64,000 bases of DNA from Candidatus Oxydemutatoraceae bacterium (GCA_965220085.1 CBDCOZ010000003.1:1982637-2046636), one strand, 5' to 3'. Counted from the stretch's first letter, positions 42,924-52,230 are shown. Program-made: numbers and translations. The notes: generated by a model from the sequence alone, not told the origin.

Positions 42924-43765
42924 TTACCGCAGGGGGCCTTCAAGGAAAAGGCGCAAGCGCAGACGCACCTCAGGCACCAGATTGGCTTCTGTCACCAGTT
43001 CGCCATCGCTACACAGCGACCCGTCCAGCCCTTCCTGTGCGGGCGTGTCAAACTGATCCATGAAAGAAACGCAGGCGCGCACGTACTTGTCCAGTTGTTC
43101 GGTCTGCGGCGCGAAGAAGTCGGAAGAAGTGGCGCCCGCTATGTCGCCGTAGGCGCCCATGGGGGTGTCGGCCTGTTGCCACCGCCAGATTAGGGTGCTG
43201 ATATCAATGCCGTTGATATCCGTCACACCGGCGATGGAAGCTGTGATTCCGGCATCGGCGGTGATTGTGGGCGCGCCGGCGGCGGCCGTCTGCGTGGATG
43301 CGCTCACCAGATCGATGGTCATGGTGACGGTGTCGCTGTAGTCGCTGTTCGGGCCGGAAATAATCAGGCCGTCCCCGACAGCCACTATGTAAGTGAAGCT
43401 GGCGTAGCCGCTGGTAACGGAGATGCCATCCGCAGGGGGGGCGTATGCCAATCTGAAAGCAAAGAAGGGTATTGCGTCCAGGGGAGCAACTGAGATGCCA
43501 TCAGCCCGAGTCAGAGTGCCTGTGCTGGGCAACGATTGGACAATGACCGCGTTGAAAGCATCCCCATCATCATCTCTGTAAGGAAAATCACTGATTGTGA
43601 AATTGTAGTTGCCGCCAATTGGGACATCAACGCTGCTGTCCTCCGCCATGGGAACTGCAGCTTGAGTCCGGGTTGCGCCCAATGCCACAGAAATGCCAGC
43701 AGGCAGAGGATGCCGGCGGTTATCCGGCGATTGCGGGGGGCGGTATCAAAAATTTGTCGTTTCAT
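42924..43765 (-). pseudogene. LRLRLFLEGPLR-tail protein 4 with a 1-nt frameshift in the signal peptide (about 43685)
   Basis: MKRQIFDTAPRNRR start at 43765 is out of frame with the body; paralog 7 reads TGGGCATTG where this copy reads TGGCATTG. Confidence 0.7.
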
Positions 43766-43905
43766 AGTATTTCTCCTAATGGTTTGTATTTCGCGAATGC
43801 GGTTGCGCAATGAGCGCTTCTGCCACAAAGACATCCGCAAGTATCTCCGTATCCTGTCTCATCCTCGCGTGCTTCATCACACTCTCCTCTCCGCAGTTAC
43901 TCGCA

Positions 43906-45219
43906 TTACCGCAACGGGCCTTCAAGAAAGAGACGCAAGCGCAAGTTCAGATTCGAAGGCCCTTCCACCAGATCTATCGTCAGGGTGGCATCGCGGCTGG
44001 CCTCGGTGGCCGGGCCGTCGGCGCCGGTGTCGCGCACCCGGTAGGTAAAAGCGGCATAGCCGGCGCCGACGGGGGCGCCGTCATCCGGGTAGTATGCCAA
44101 GTCGTCCAGTTCGGTCAGGGTCAGGGCGGCGCCTGCGACTATGGCGGGGCCGGTACCGCCCGCCAGCACCAGGGTGCCGGCCGTGGGCAGGGAGGTTATG
44201 CGGATGCCGTTGATGGTGTCGCCATCCTCATCGCTGATGGGAAAGTTTGAGCGTGAAAAGCGGTGCGGTCTGGCGGACCTGGCAGTGTTCGCCACCTTAA
44301 CAATGGTGCTGCGGCCGACGGGCGCATCGCTGATATTGCTTACGCGGGTACCCTCGGTGCATACTGTCTCCTCGTGGCCCAGCAGGTCATCAAAGGTGAG
44401 GCAGACGCGGAGATACAGTCCCACGTGCTCTTGAGCCGGAGTGAGGAGGCGCGCGTTGGGGCCAGTGCCGCCGGTACCGGGGATGTTGGCATAGGGACCG
44501 CCCTGAGTGGCGGATTGTTGCCATGCGTAGGTGGGATCCTCAATCCGTCTCGGCCTTCCATTGGGGTCCATGATAGTGCCATAAGAATTGACCAGTATCC
44601 TGGTGTCCTCGTCAAACAGTTCTCCGGCGCCGGTAGCAAGAAGTTCCGGCATGCCGGTTGCGGGCATTTGCACGCCCTCCAGCAGATGGATAAACATATT
44701 GGCGCCACTGAAAGGGGATGACGCGCCGCCGGCCGCCACATTGAATTTGAACGAGGCGTAGCTATTCTTTGCGGCCGCGCCCGTCGGCGGATACCAAGTG
44801 AGGTCGCCTATGCTGGCGGCCGCCACAGTGTAGGGCACATTGTCATTGGCGCTGCCATCGTCTATGAGGGCGGCGCTGCCCACCCGCAGTGTGCCGAGGG
44901 CCGGCAAGGTTTCTACGATTACGCTGTCCAAGGTCAGGGTGCCGCCGTCCGCATCCACAAAAGTGAAGTCACTTGCCTTGAAGGCATGCGCATTGTCGGC
45001 GTCGGCATTGTTATGCACAAATACGAAGCTGCTGGAGGCAAACGGCCGTTGCGCCTGGGCCTGGGCGCAGATGGCAACCAAGACAAACAGGGCCGGCAGA
45101 ACCAGTGCCCGGAGGTTGCGCCGCGTCATCGTTGCCCGCCGACGCCGGGGGGCCATATCAAAAATGCAAATCCCGCAAATTTTAAGGAGGGCGGCAGTAT
45201 TAATAAGTTGTCGTTTCAT
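43906..45219 (-). CDS. Secreted LRLRLFLEGPLR-tail protein 3 (paralog of protein 5, chimeric leader)
   Basis: MKRQLINTAALLKICGIC joined to IFDMAPRRRRATMTRR leader; invariant tail. Confidence 0.8.
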   Translation of the reverse strand: MKRQLINTAALLKICGICIFDMAPRRRRATMTRRNLRALVLPALFVLVAICAQAQAQRPFASSSFVFVHNNADADNAHAFKASDFTFVDADGGTLTLDSVIVETLPALGTLRVGSAALIDDGSANDNVPYTVAAASIGDLTWYPPTGAAAKNSYASFKFNVAAGGASSPFSGANMFIHLLEGVQMPATGMPELLATGAGELFDEDTRILVNSYGTIMDPNGRPRRIEDPTYAWQQSATQGGPYANIPGTGGTGPNARLLTPAQEHVGLYLRVCLTFDDLLGHEETVCTEGTRVSNISDAPVGRSTIVKVANTARSARPHRFSRSNFPISDEDGDTINGIRITSLPTAGTLVLAGGTGPAIVAGAALTLTELDDLAYYPDDGAPVGAGYAAFTYRVRDTGADGPATEASRDATLTIDLVEGPSNLNLRLRLFLEGPLR

Positions 45220-45345
45220 CGTATTTCTCATGAAAACGTTGTTTGTGTGCATAACTCACAAAGCGCAAGTCATCTGCAAGTGTCTTCACATCCTGTCTCA
45301 TCCTCGCGCGCCTCATAACACTCTCCTTTTCCGTAGTTACTCGCA

Positions 45346-46332
45346 TTACCGCAACGGGCCTTCCAAGAAAAGGCGCAAGCGCAACTGCAAGTACGGTTGG
45401 CGAATGCATTCCGTCGCGCCATTCAGATTCGCACCTGCCGGAATCATGCCTTCCCCGCAGTCGAAAACATACCGCACCGAATCCTCCTTTTTCGGAAAGG
45501 CGAGCTCTGTTGCGCCGAATACATCCGCGCACTGCGGCGTACCCGGGCCGAAAAAGCACTCGTCAAAAGTCTCCTCGCCAGAAATCAGCGGGATGTCGCA
45601 TTTGAAGAAGGCGGTGGCGGTGGAAATAGTCCACCCTTGATCCGCACATGTGTGAATCCCCTCCCGCTCGGCGGGGGTTAAGCCGGTCGGAAAAGCCGTG
45701 CAGTTCGGCCATGTGCCGATGTGCGAGGCCCGATTGCAGGTGCATTCGGTTTCGCCGTTGAGGTTGTGGTTGGGCGGATAGCCGCCGGGGACTGCGCCGT
45801 CGGGGTCGCAGTTTGCGATAAAGGCGCTCGCGCTATTGCCAGCGCGAACATCGGGATGGTCCGCCTTTTTCGGAAAAACCGGCGGGTTGCCATACATGGC
45901 CGCGCAGGTGATTGGCGAAATAGTACCCCCGCCACCCTGAACGATGTAGCATAAATCGCCGGCTGACCTTCTGTCCCTCGCCGCACCTCGAATAAGTACG
46001 GAGGGGATCTCGCAGCCCAAAGTCCCACCGCCGAATGGCACCCCCGTCGCTTCGCGTCCGGCCCATCCCGCGTCTTCGCAGTCGTCCAGAATTGAGATCA
46101 AGGCGTTGTCAAAGCATCCGGTCTGTCTCTCCTCAAGGACGCGGGAGGAAGTGATTCGGGTTTGCCCTTCGGAGCAGACATTTTGGCAAATGCCGCGAAC
46201 ATTTTCCTGTCCTGCCGGACACATCATGGTTTGCGCTTGCGCGCTGTTTGCGACGAACGCGAAATTCATTGCCGCGCAAATCCCGCAAATTTTAAGGAGG
46301 GGAGCGGCAGTATTAATAAGTTGTCGTTTCAT
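45346..46332 (-). CDS. Secreted LRLRLFLEGPLR-tail protein 2 (two Cys-rich modules)
   Basis: AGGAG RBS, signal peptide, many Cys, invariant tail. Confidence 0.8.
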   Translation of the reverse strand: MKRQLINTAAPLLKICGICAAMNFAFVANSAQAQTMMCPAGQENVRGICQNVCSEGQTRITSSRVLEERQTGCFDNALISILDDCEDAGWAGREATGVPFGGGTLGCEIPSVLIRGAARDRRSAGDLCYIVQGGGGTISPITCAAMYGNPPVFPKKADHPDVRAGNSASAFIANCDPDGAVPGGYPPNHNLNGETECTCNRASHIGTWPNCTAFPTGLTPAEREGIHTCADQGWTISTATAFFKCDIPLISGEETFDECFFGPGTPQCADVFGATELAFPKKEDSVRYVFDCGEGMIPAGANLNGATECIRQPYLQLRLRLFLEGPLR

Positions 46333-46449
46333 CGTATTTCTCCTGATGGTTTGTATTTCGCGAATGCGGTTGCACAGTGCGTCGCACCACATCCTGTCTC
46401 ATCCTCGCGCGCCTCATGACACTCTCCTTCTCTGTCGTAGTTACTCGCA

Positions 46450-47527
46450 TTACCGCAACGGGCCTTCTAAGAAAAGGCGCAAGCGCAAGCGCAAGTACGG
46501 TTGGCGAATGCATTCCGTCGCGCCATTCAGATTCGCACCTGCCGGAATCATGCCCGCCCCGCAGTTGAAAACATACCGAGCCGTCACCGAATCCTCCTTT
46601 TTCGGAAAGGCGAGCTCTGCTGCGCCGAAGACATCCGCGCACTGCGGCGTACCCGGACCGAAAAAGCACTCGTCAAAAGTCTCCTCGCCGGAGATCAGCG
46701 GGATGTCGCATTTGAAGAAGGCGGTGTCGGTGGAAATAGTCCACCCTTGATCCGCACATGTGTGAATCCCCTCCCGCTCGGCGGGGGTTAAGCCGGTCGG
46801 AAAAGCCGTGCAGTTCGGCCATGTGCCGATGTGCGAGGCCCGATTGCAGGTGCATTCGGTTTCGCCGTTCAGGTTATGGTCTGGCGGATAACCGCCGGGG
46901 ACATTCCCATCTTGGTCGCAGTTTGCCACAAAAATATCGGCGTCAACGACCTGGGGGCGGACGGTGAGATGGTCTTCCGCCTTCGGAAAAACCGGCGGGT
47001 CGCCATACATGTCCGTGCAGGGAATCGTGGAGATTGAGCCTCCCCGAGCAATGTGGCAACTATCAGAGGCGTGACTGCCTGATGTTGTCCGCAATCGGGA
47101 GGGAATCCTACAAGCCAGATGTCCCGAAGAATACAACGCCGCCGCTTCGCGTCCTTCCCATCCCGCGGCTTCGCAGTCGTCCAGAATTGAGATCAAGGCG
47201 TTGTCAAAGCATCCGGTGTTTGTCTCCTCAAGGACGCGGGGGGAAGTGAGTCGGGTTTGCCCTTGGGAGCAGATAGTTTGGCAATGACCGCGAATATTTT
47301 CCTGTCCTGCCGGACACATCGTTTGCGCTTGCGCGCTGTTTGCGACGAGCGCGAAAGTTATTGCCGCGCAAATCCCGCAAATTCTAAGGGGGCATGAGGT
47401 GACAACAACGAGCAGGGCCAGTGCCCGCAGGGCGCGGCGCGTCATTGTTGCTCCCTGCCCAATAGAGGGGGGGGGGGGGGGGGGCAGTGTTAAAAGTTTG
47501 TAAGTTCATGCTGTTTTGTCGGATCAT
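46450..47527 (-). CDS. Secreted LRLRLFLEGPLR-tail protein 1; C18 tract puts the RBS-linked start (47527) out of frame, internal ATG at 47445
   Basis: AGGAG then ATG at 47527; G18 at 47467-47484; body 46450-47445 open. Confidence 0.7.
47467..47484. repeat. G18/C18 homopolymer, candidate phase-variation tract
   Basis: 18 consecutive G, far longer than any other run noticed in the window. Confidence 0.9.
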
Positions 47528-47571
47528 GGTTTTACTCCTGATGAATGCAGTTGCACGGTATATGCACGCAA

Positions 47572-47690
47572 ACAGTTTGATGAGAGCACAGTGATGAGAA
47601 GCACATGATGAGAGGCACATGATGAGAGGCACAGACAACTTCGTTGTTTGTGTGTCCTTGATTTGCTGTTTGTGACTGCTTGATGAGACA
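47572..47690. repeat. Inverted, diverged copy of the 39412-39565 element
   Basis: Reverse complement reads CACAAACAACGAAGTTGTCTGTGCCTCTCATCATGTGCCTCTCATCA...TGTGCTCTCATCA. Confidence 0.8.
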
Positions 47691-47857
47691 CAAACTGTTT
47701 GCGGATTGTTTGGCGCTGTGTGCTCGTCCGCGAAGCGCGAGTCATTTATAAGAGTTGGGTTGTTCATTGTTTCCCTCATTTGATGTACTCTACCACAAAA
47801 TGCGAGTCCTTTGCGAGCGCTTTTGTATCGGTCTCATTCCTTGGCCCACCCCCGTTT

Positions 47858-48922
47858 TTAGCGGGCTTGGGTCTGGACAAGCCAGACGCGCAGTACCGCA
47901 TTGACCAATGTGGCAAGCGGAATGGCAAAAAACACGCCCCAGATTCCCCAAATGCCGCCGAAAATCAGAATCGCCAAGATGATGGCGACCGGATGCAGGT
48001 TTACGATTTCGGAAAACAACAGCGGCACCAATAAGTTGCCGTCCAGAAACTGGATGATTGCATACGCAATCATCAGGTACAGGAAGTCGCTCGTCAGCCC
48101 CCACTGCGCATACGCCACCATGGCAATCGGGATGGTCACGACCGCCGCGCCGAGAAAGGGAATCACCACAGAAAGCCCGACCAACAATGACAACAACGCC
48201 GCGTATTGCAACCCCAGCGCTTGAAACACGATCCAACTGACAATCCATACGATGACAATTTCTATCATCTTGCCGCGTATGTAGCCGGATATTTTTTGGT
48301 TGACTTCGCGCCATACCTCAAGCGTCAAATCGCGATTCTCTTTGTGCGGCAGGACAGCCGACCACCACTTGAGCAGCGCTTCCTTGTCTTTGAGGAAGAA
48401 AAATATGAGCAGCGGAACGAGAACGAGATAGACCAGCACCGTGATGAACCCGGCAAGCGATGTTAGCAAGGCGCTCAGCACCGCTTGCGCGATGCCCGAA
48501 ATTTCATTGCGCAGGCTGCCTATGAATTCGGTAATCTGGTTTTCATCGACAAACTTGGGATAGGACTGCGGGAGTTGCAGCAACAGCGCTTGCCCTTGTT
48601 CGATGATTGCGGGCAAGTCTTGCAGGAAGTTCGCAATCTGCAATGTCATCATCGGCAACATAAATAGCAGAACAAACAGCACCGCGCTGATGAACAGAAT
48701 GTACACCGAGAGCATGGAGACAAGGTGCGGAAAGCGGTAACGCTTGAGCGCTTCGATTATCCCGTCGAGCAGGTAGGCGATGACCAAGCCGACGATCAGG
48801 GGCGCCAGAATGTCGCTGGCGAGGCTGATGACAAATGCGCCCAGCAAGAGGAGGAAAAACAACACCACAATCTGCGGGTTGGAGAAAGTGCGTTCAAACC
48901 AGTTTTTAAGAATCGTAGTCAT
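47858..48922 (-). CDS. perM: AI-2E family transporter (PerM-like)
   Basis: LVLVPLLIFFFLKDK, GYIRGK, QFLDGNLLVPLLFSE, FFAIPLA. Confidence 0.88.
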   Translation of the reverse strand: MTTILKNWFERTFSNPQIVVLFFLLLLGAFVISLASDILAPLIVGLVIAYLLDGIIEALKRYRFPHLVSMLSVYILFISAVLFVLLFMLPMMTLQIANFLQDLPAIIEQGQALLLQLPQSYPKFVDENQITEFIGSLRNEISGIAQAVLSALLTSLAGFITVLVYLVLVPLLIFFFLKDKEALLKWWSAVLPHKENRDLTLEVWREVNQKISGYIRGKMIEIVIVWIVSWIVFQALGLQYAALLSLLVGLSVVIPFLGAAVVTIPIAMVAYAQWGLTSDFLYLMIAYAIIQFLDGNLLVPLLFSEIVNLHPVAIILAILIFGGIWGIWGVFFAIPLATLVNAVLRVWLVQTQAR

Positions 48923-48965
48923 TGCCGCCTGCATGCATCGGGTGCGGATAAGATACTACCCCTTA

Positions 48966-50039
48966 TCAGGGATTCTGACAAGCGCTTGTATGATGCCAGT
49001 ACATATTGGAAACTTTGGGCAAATGTTGTGTAATTAGTGCCATAGGTGTTTGGAGCCTCAATCCATAATGTGGTCGTTGGGTATTAAACCATAGCAGGTA
49101 GTCTATCATACGCTCATTGAATTCCCGAATATCGGTCAGCAACAAGCCCTCTTCAAACTCCACAAACTCTTCCTGGAGCGTGCGGTTAAAGCGTTCATTG
49201 AATGCGTTCATCTTCGGACATTTGGGATACGTGTAGCAGTGCCGGATACCTTGCTCTTGCAGGCAGCGATCAAACGCGCCGCAGAACTCGGAGCCGTTGT
49301 CGGTGAGCACTTGCTCTATCTTGGCGGGGAACACTTCCATCATCAGCTTCATAAAGAACTCGGCGGCGATGCTGTTGCCACGAGGGACGCCGATAGCAAA
49401 GCCAAACCGGCTATGCAAATCTACGGCCGTGAACAGATAGCGACGCTGACCTTGAATAAACCGTTGCACGGTATCCATGGCGATGCAATGCCCGATACGC
49501 TTTGCATTGAAACCCTTTTCAAGACGCTCCTTGCTCTTGCTTTGCGTTGTGCGTTGCCGACGCGGTTTTGCGGGCACCCAGCGCATCTTATCGGGTGCGC
49601 TGGCAATCAGTCGCGCGATGGTGCGCGGCTTGGGACAACGCAAGCCGCGCTCGTCACACCACGGTTGAATCAGCAGGTATATCTTGGGTGCGCCGTAGGG
49701 ATAGTTTTTGCGGTGTCGCCGAATCTCGTCGATAATCTCCTCAGGCCAGTCGCGCCGGCGTGGCTGGCGCGGGCAAGTGCTCTGATTGATTAAGCCGTTA
49801 ATGCCATAAAGCCGATATTGTCTCCGCCACTCATAGAGTGATGATTTGCTGATGTGGTAAGCGTCCATGCTGGCTTTTATGTTGTGGTTCTCCCATAATA
49901 TAAGGGCTTCAAGTTTCTGTTTTGCTTTATAGCTCATAGTTGCCTCGTCTATTGAAAAAGCAGCTATTTTATAGAAACCTTTGATGCCGTGGCCGATGTG
50001 TTGATATTGCATGTCGGCTACGTTTGTTGTTGAAGCCAA
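48966..50039 (-). CDS. IS481-like DDE transposase (integrase core)
   Basis: HTH, AMDT...LTDNGSEF...ERFNRTLQEEF...RPH. Confidence 0.9.
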   Translation of the reverse strand: MASTTNVADMQYQHIGHGIKGFYKIAAFSIDEATMSYKAKQKLEALILWENHNIKASMDAYHISKSSLYEWRRQYRLYGINGLINQSTCPRQPRRRDWPEEIIDEIRRHRKNYPYGAPKIYLLIQPWCDERGLRCPKPRTIARLIASAPDKMRWVPAKPRRQRTTQSKSKERLEKGFNAKRIGHCIAMDTVQRFIQGQRRYLFTAVDLHSRFGFAIGVPRGNSIAAEFFMKLMMEVFPAKIEQVLTDNGSEFCGAFDRCLQEQGIRHCYTYPKCPKMNAFNERFNRTLQEEFVEFEEGLLLTDIREFNERMIDYLLWFNTQRPHYGLRLQTPMALITQHLPKVSNMYWHHTSACQNP

Positions 50040-50067
50040 GAATCCAGAATGTTTCTGGCATTATGCA
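48987..50067 (-). mobile_element. IS481-like insertion sequence, copy 1 (1081 bp)
   Basis: Imperfect TIRs TGTATGATGCCAG / TGCATAATGCCAG; target duplication (A)GCGCT. Confidence 0.85.
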
Positions 50068-50169
50068 GCGCTGTGTCGGCGTTGCGCAAACCGCAGCCGC
50101 CGGAGAAGGGGCAGAAGCGGATGTGCCTGTGGCATGATAAAATGCGCTAAATCGGCAACCACGACCACA

Positions 50170-51891
50170 ATGCGCATTTCAAATTTTCCGCTTTTTACGC
50201 TCAAAGAAACGCCGGCTGACGCCAGCGTCATCAGTCATCGGCTGATGATTCGCGCCGGGCTGATACGCGGCTTGGCGTCGGGGCTTTATGCGTGGATGCC
50301 GCTGGGGTTGCGCTGCTTGCGCAAGGTCGGCGCCATCGTCCGCGATGAGATGAATGCCGCCGGCGCGATTGAGCTGAGCATGCCTTCCGTGCAGCCGGCC
50401 AAGTTGTGGCGGGAATCCGGACGCTGGGATGAGTACGGGCCGGAGTTGCTGCGCATCCGTGATCGCCACGACAATGATTTTGTCTTCGGGCCGACACACG
50501 AAGAGGTCATCACCGACATCGCCCGCCGCGAGTTGACCAGTTACCGCCAGTTGCCGGTTAATTTTTATCAGATTCAAACCAAGTTCCGCGATGAAGTCCG
50601 TCCGCGCTTTGGCATCATGCGCGCGCGGGAGTTTCTGATGAAGGATGCCTACTCTTTTCACGCCGATGATGCGTCGCTTGATGAGACTTATCGGGCGATG
50701 TTTGAGGCTTACTGCCGCATCTTTGAGCGCTTGCAACTTGACTTCAGGGCCGTGCGCGCCGATACGGGCGCGATTGGCGGCGACTTCTCGCACGAGTTTC
50801 ACGTGCTCGCCGAGTCGGGCGAGGACGCCATCGCCTACTCCCTCGCCGGCGACTATGCGGCCAACATAGAAGTCGCGCCGGCGCCGGCGCCGGATGCCGA
50901 ATGCCCCGCCGCAAGCGAGCCGATGCGCGCCGTTGATACGCCCGGCGTGACCACCATAGAGGCGCTGAGCGAGTTGCTTGATATCGAACCGCGGCGGTGC
51001 TTGAAGGCGCTTTTTGTCAAGGGCGCGGATGGCGGCATCGTCGGCTTGTTCTTGCGCGGCGACCATACTTTGAATGCCATCAAGGCGGCAAAGCACCCCG
51101 CTGTTGCGGCGCCGCTTGAATTCGCATCGCGCGAGGAGATCATCGCCGCCGTCGGTTGCCCGCCCGGCTCGCTCGGCCCGATCGGACTGGATACGCCGCT
51201 GTTGATCGACCATGCCGCCGGCGTCCTCGCCGACTTCGTGACGGGCGCGAACGAGGAGGGCAAACATCTCGCCGGCGTGAATTGGGAGCGCGACCTGCCG
51301 CGCCCCGAAGCGTTTGACTTGCGCAACATAGAAGCGGGCGAGGCGGCGCCGGATGGCAGCGGGCGGATTGCGATTCAGCGCGGCATCGAGGTCGGGCATA
51401 TATTCAAACTGGGCGACAAGTACAGCCGGATGATGCGGTTTGCCGTGTCGGGCAAAGACGAGGAGGCGATCACGCCCAAGATGGGTTGCTATGGCATCGG
51501 CGTCTCGCGCATAGTCGCGGCGGCCATCGAGCAGAATCATGACGATGGCGGCATCGTCTGGCCGCAGGCGATTGCGCCGTTTACATTGATGCTGACGCCG
51601 ATTCAATACCTGCGCGATGAGGCGGTGCGCAAAACGGCCGACCGGCTTTATGGCGAGTTCGCGGCGCGCGGAATTGAGGCGCTGTTGGACGACCGCGATA
51701 TCAGGCCGGGCATTATGTTTGCCGACAGCGATTTGATCGGGCTGCCGTACCGTCTTGTCATCAGCCCGAAGGGGTTGCGCAACGGGCAGGCGGAGTTGAA
51801 GATGCGCCGGCAGACGGAGGCGCGGATGGTGCCGCTTGAGAACTGTGCGGCGGCGGTGTGCGACATCATCAATGCCGACAGCCGACGGTGA
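50170..51891 (+). CDS. proS: Proline--tRNA ligase
   Basis: GPTHEE, KFRDEVRPRFG..RAREFLMKDAYSF, GIEVGHIF, MGCYGIG. Confidence 0.97.
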   Translation: MRISNFPLFTLKETPADASVISHRLMIRAGLIRGLASGLYAWMPLGLRCLRKVGAIVRDEMNAAGAIELSMPSVQPAKLWRESGRWDEYGPELLRIRDRHDNDFVFGPTHEEVITDIARRELTSYRQLPVNFYQIQTKFRDEVRPRFGIMRAREFLMKDAYSFHADDASLDETYRAMFEAYCRIFERLQLDFRAVRADTGAIGGDFSHEFHVLAESGEDAIAYSLAGDYAANIEVAPAPAPDAECPAASEPMRAVDTPGVTTIEALSELLDIEPRRCLKALFVKGADGGIVGLFLRGDHTLNAIKAAKHPAVAAPLEFASREEIIAAVGCPPGSLGPIGLDTPLLIDHAAGVLADFVTGANEEGKHLAGVNWERDLPRPEAFDLRNIEAGEAAPDGSGRIAIQRGIEVGHIFKLGDKYSRMMRFAVSGKDEEAITPKMGCYGIGVSRIVAAAIEQNHDDGGIVWPQAIAPFTLMLTPIQYLRDEAVRKTADRLYGEFAARGIEALLDDRDIRPGIMFADSDLIGLPYRLVISPKGLRNGQAELKMRRQTEARMVPLENCAAAVCDIINADSRR

Positions 51892-51900
51892 CAGTATGCT

Positions 51901-52230
51901 ATGATGACGGGCGCTATGAAACAATTGATACTGATTTGCGCATTGACGGCCTTGCTGGTCGGGTGCGGGCAACAACTGTCCTACAGCGGTAGCAAAACCG
52001 TTGTCGGCGGCATGGACGATGTGCGCGCATGCCGCTTGCTCGGAACCACGAAAGTCTCTTTGCACGATGCCCAGGCGAAAGTGCTCGCTGCCGAACAGGT
52101 TGCGGAGCGTCTGGAAATAGCGGCGCGTAATTTTGCCGCGCGCATCGGAGCGAACACCGTGGCGCCCGCCGCCGAAGTCGAAGCAGGCAAGCGCAACTTC
52201 CAACTGTACGTGTGTCAGGAAGATTTCTGA
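51901..52230 (+). CDS. DUF4156-like lipoprotein
   Basis: Lipobox LLVGC; CRLLG...ARNFAARIGANTV...YVC. Confidence 0.7.
   Translation: MMTGAMKQLILICALTALLVGCGQQLSYSGSKTVVGGMDDVRACRLLGTTKVSLHDAQAKVLAAEQVAERLEIAARNFAARIGANTVAPAAEVEAGKRNFQLYVCQEDF

Noticed and set aside
38447-47527. Integron cassette array
   Set aside because: The linkers lack a recognisable RYYYAAC...GTTRRRY attC structure, the genes are paralogous, and there is no intI in the window
38447-47527. Diversity-generating retroelement target region
   Set aside because: No reverse transcriptase in the window; the C-termini are invariant rather than hypervariable and differences do not look adenine-specific
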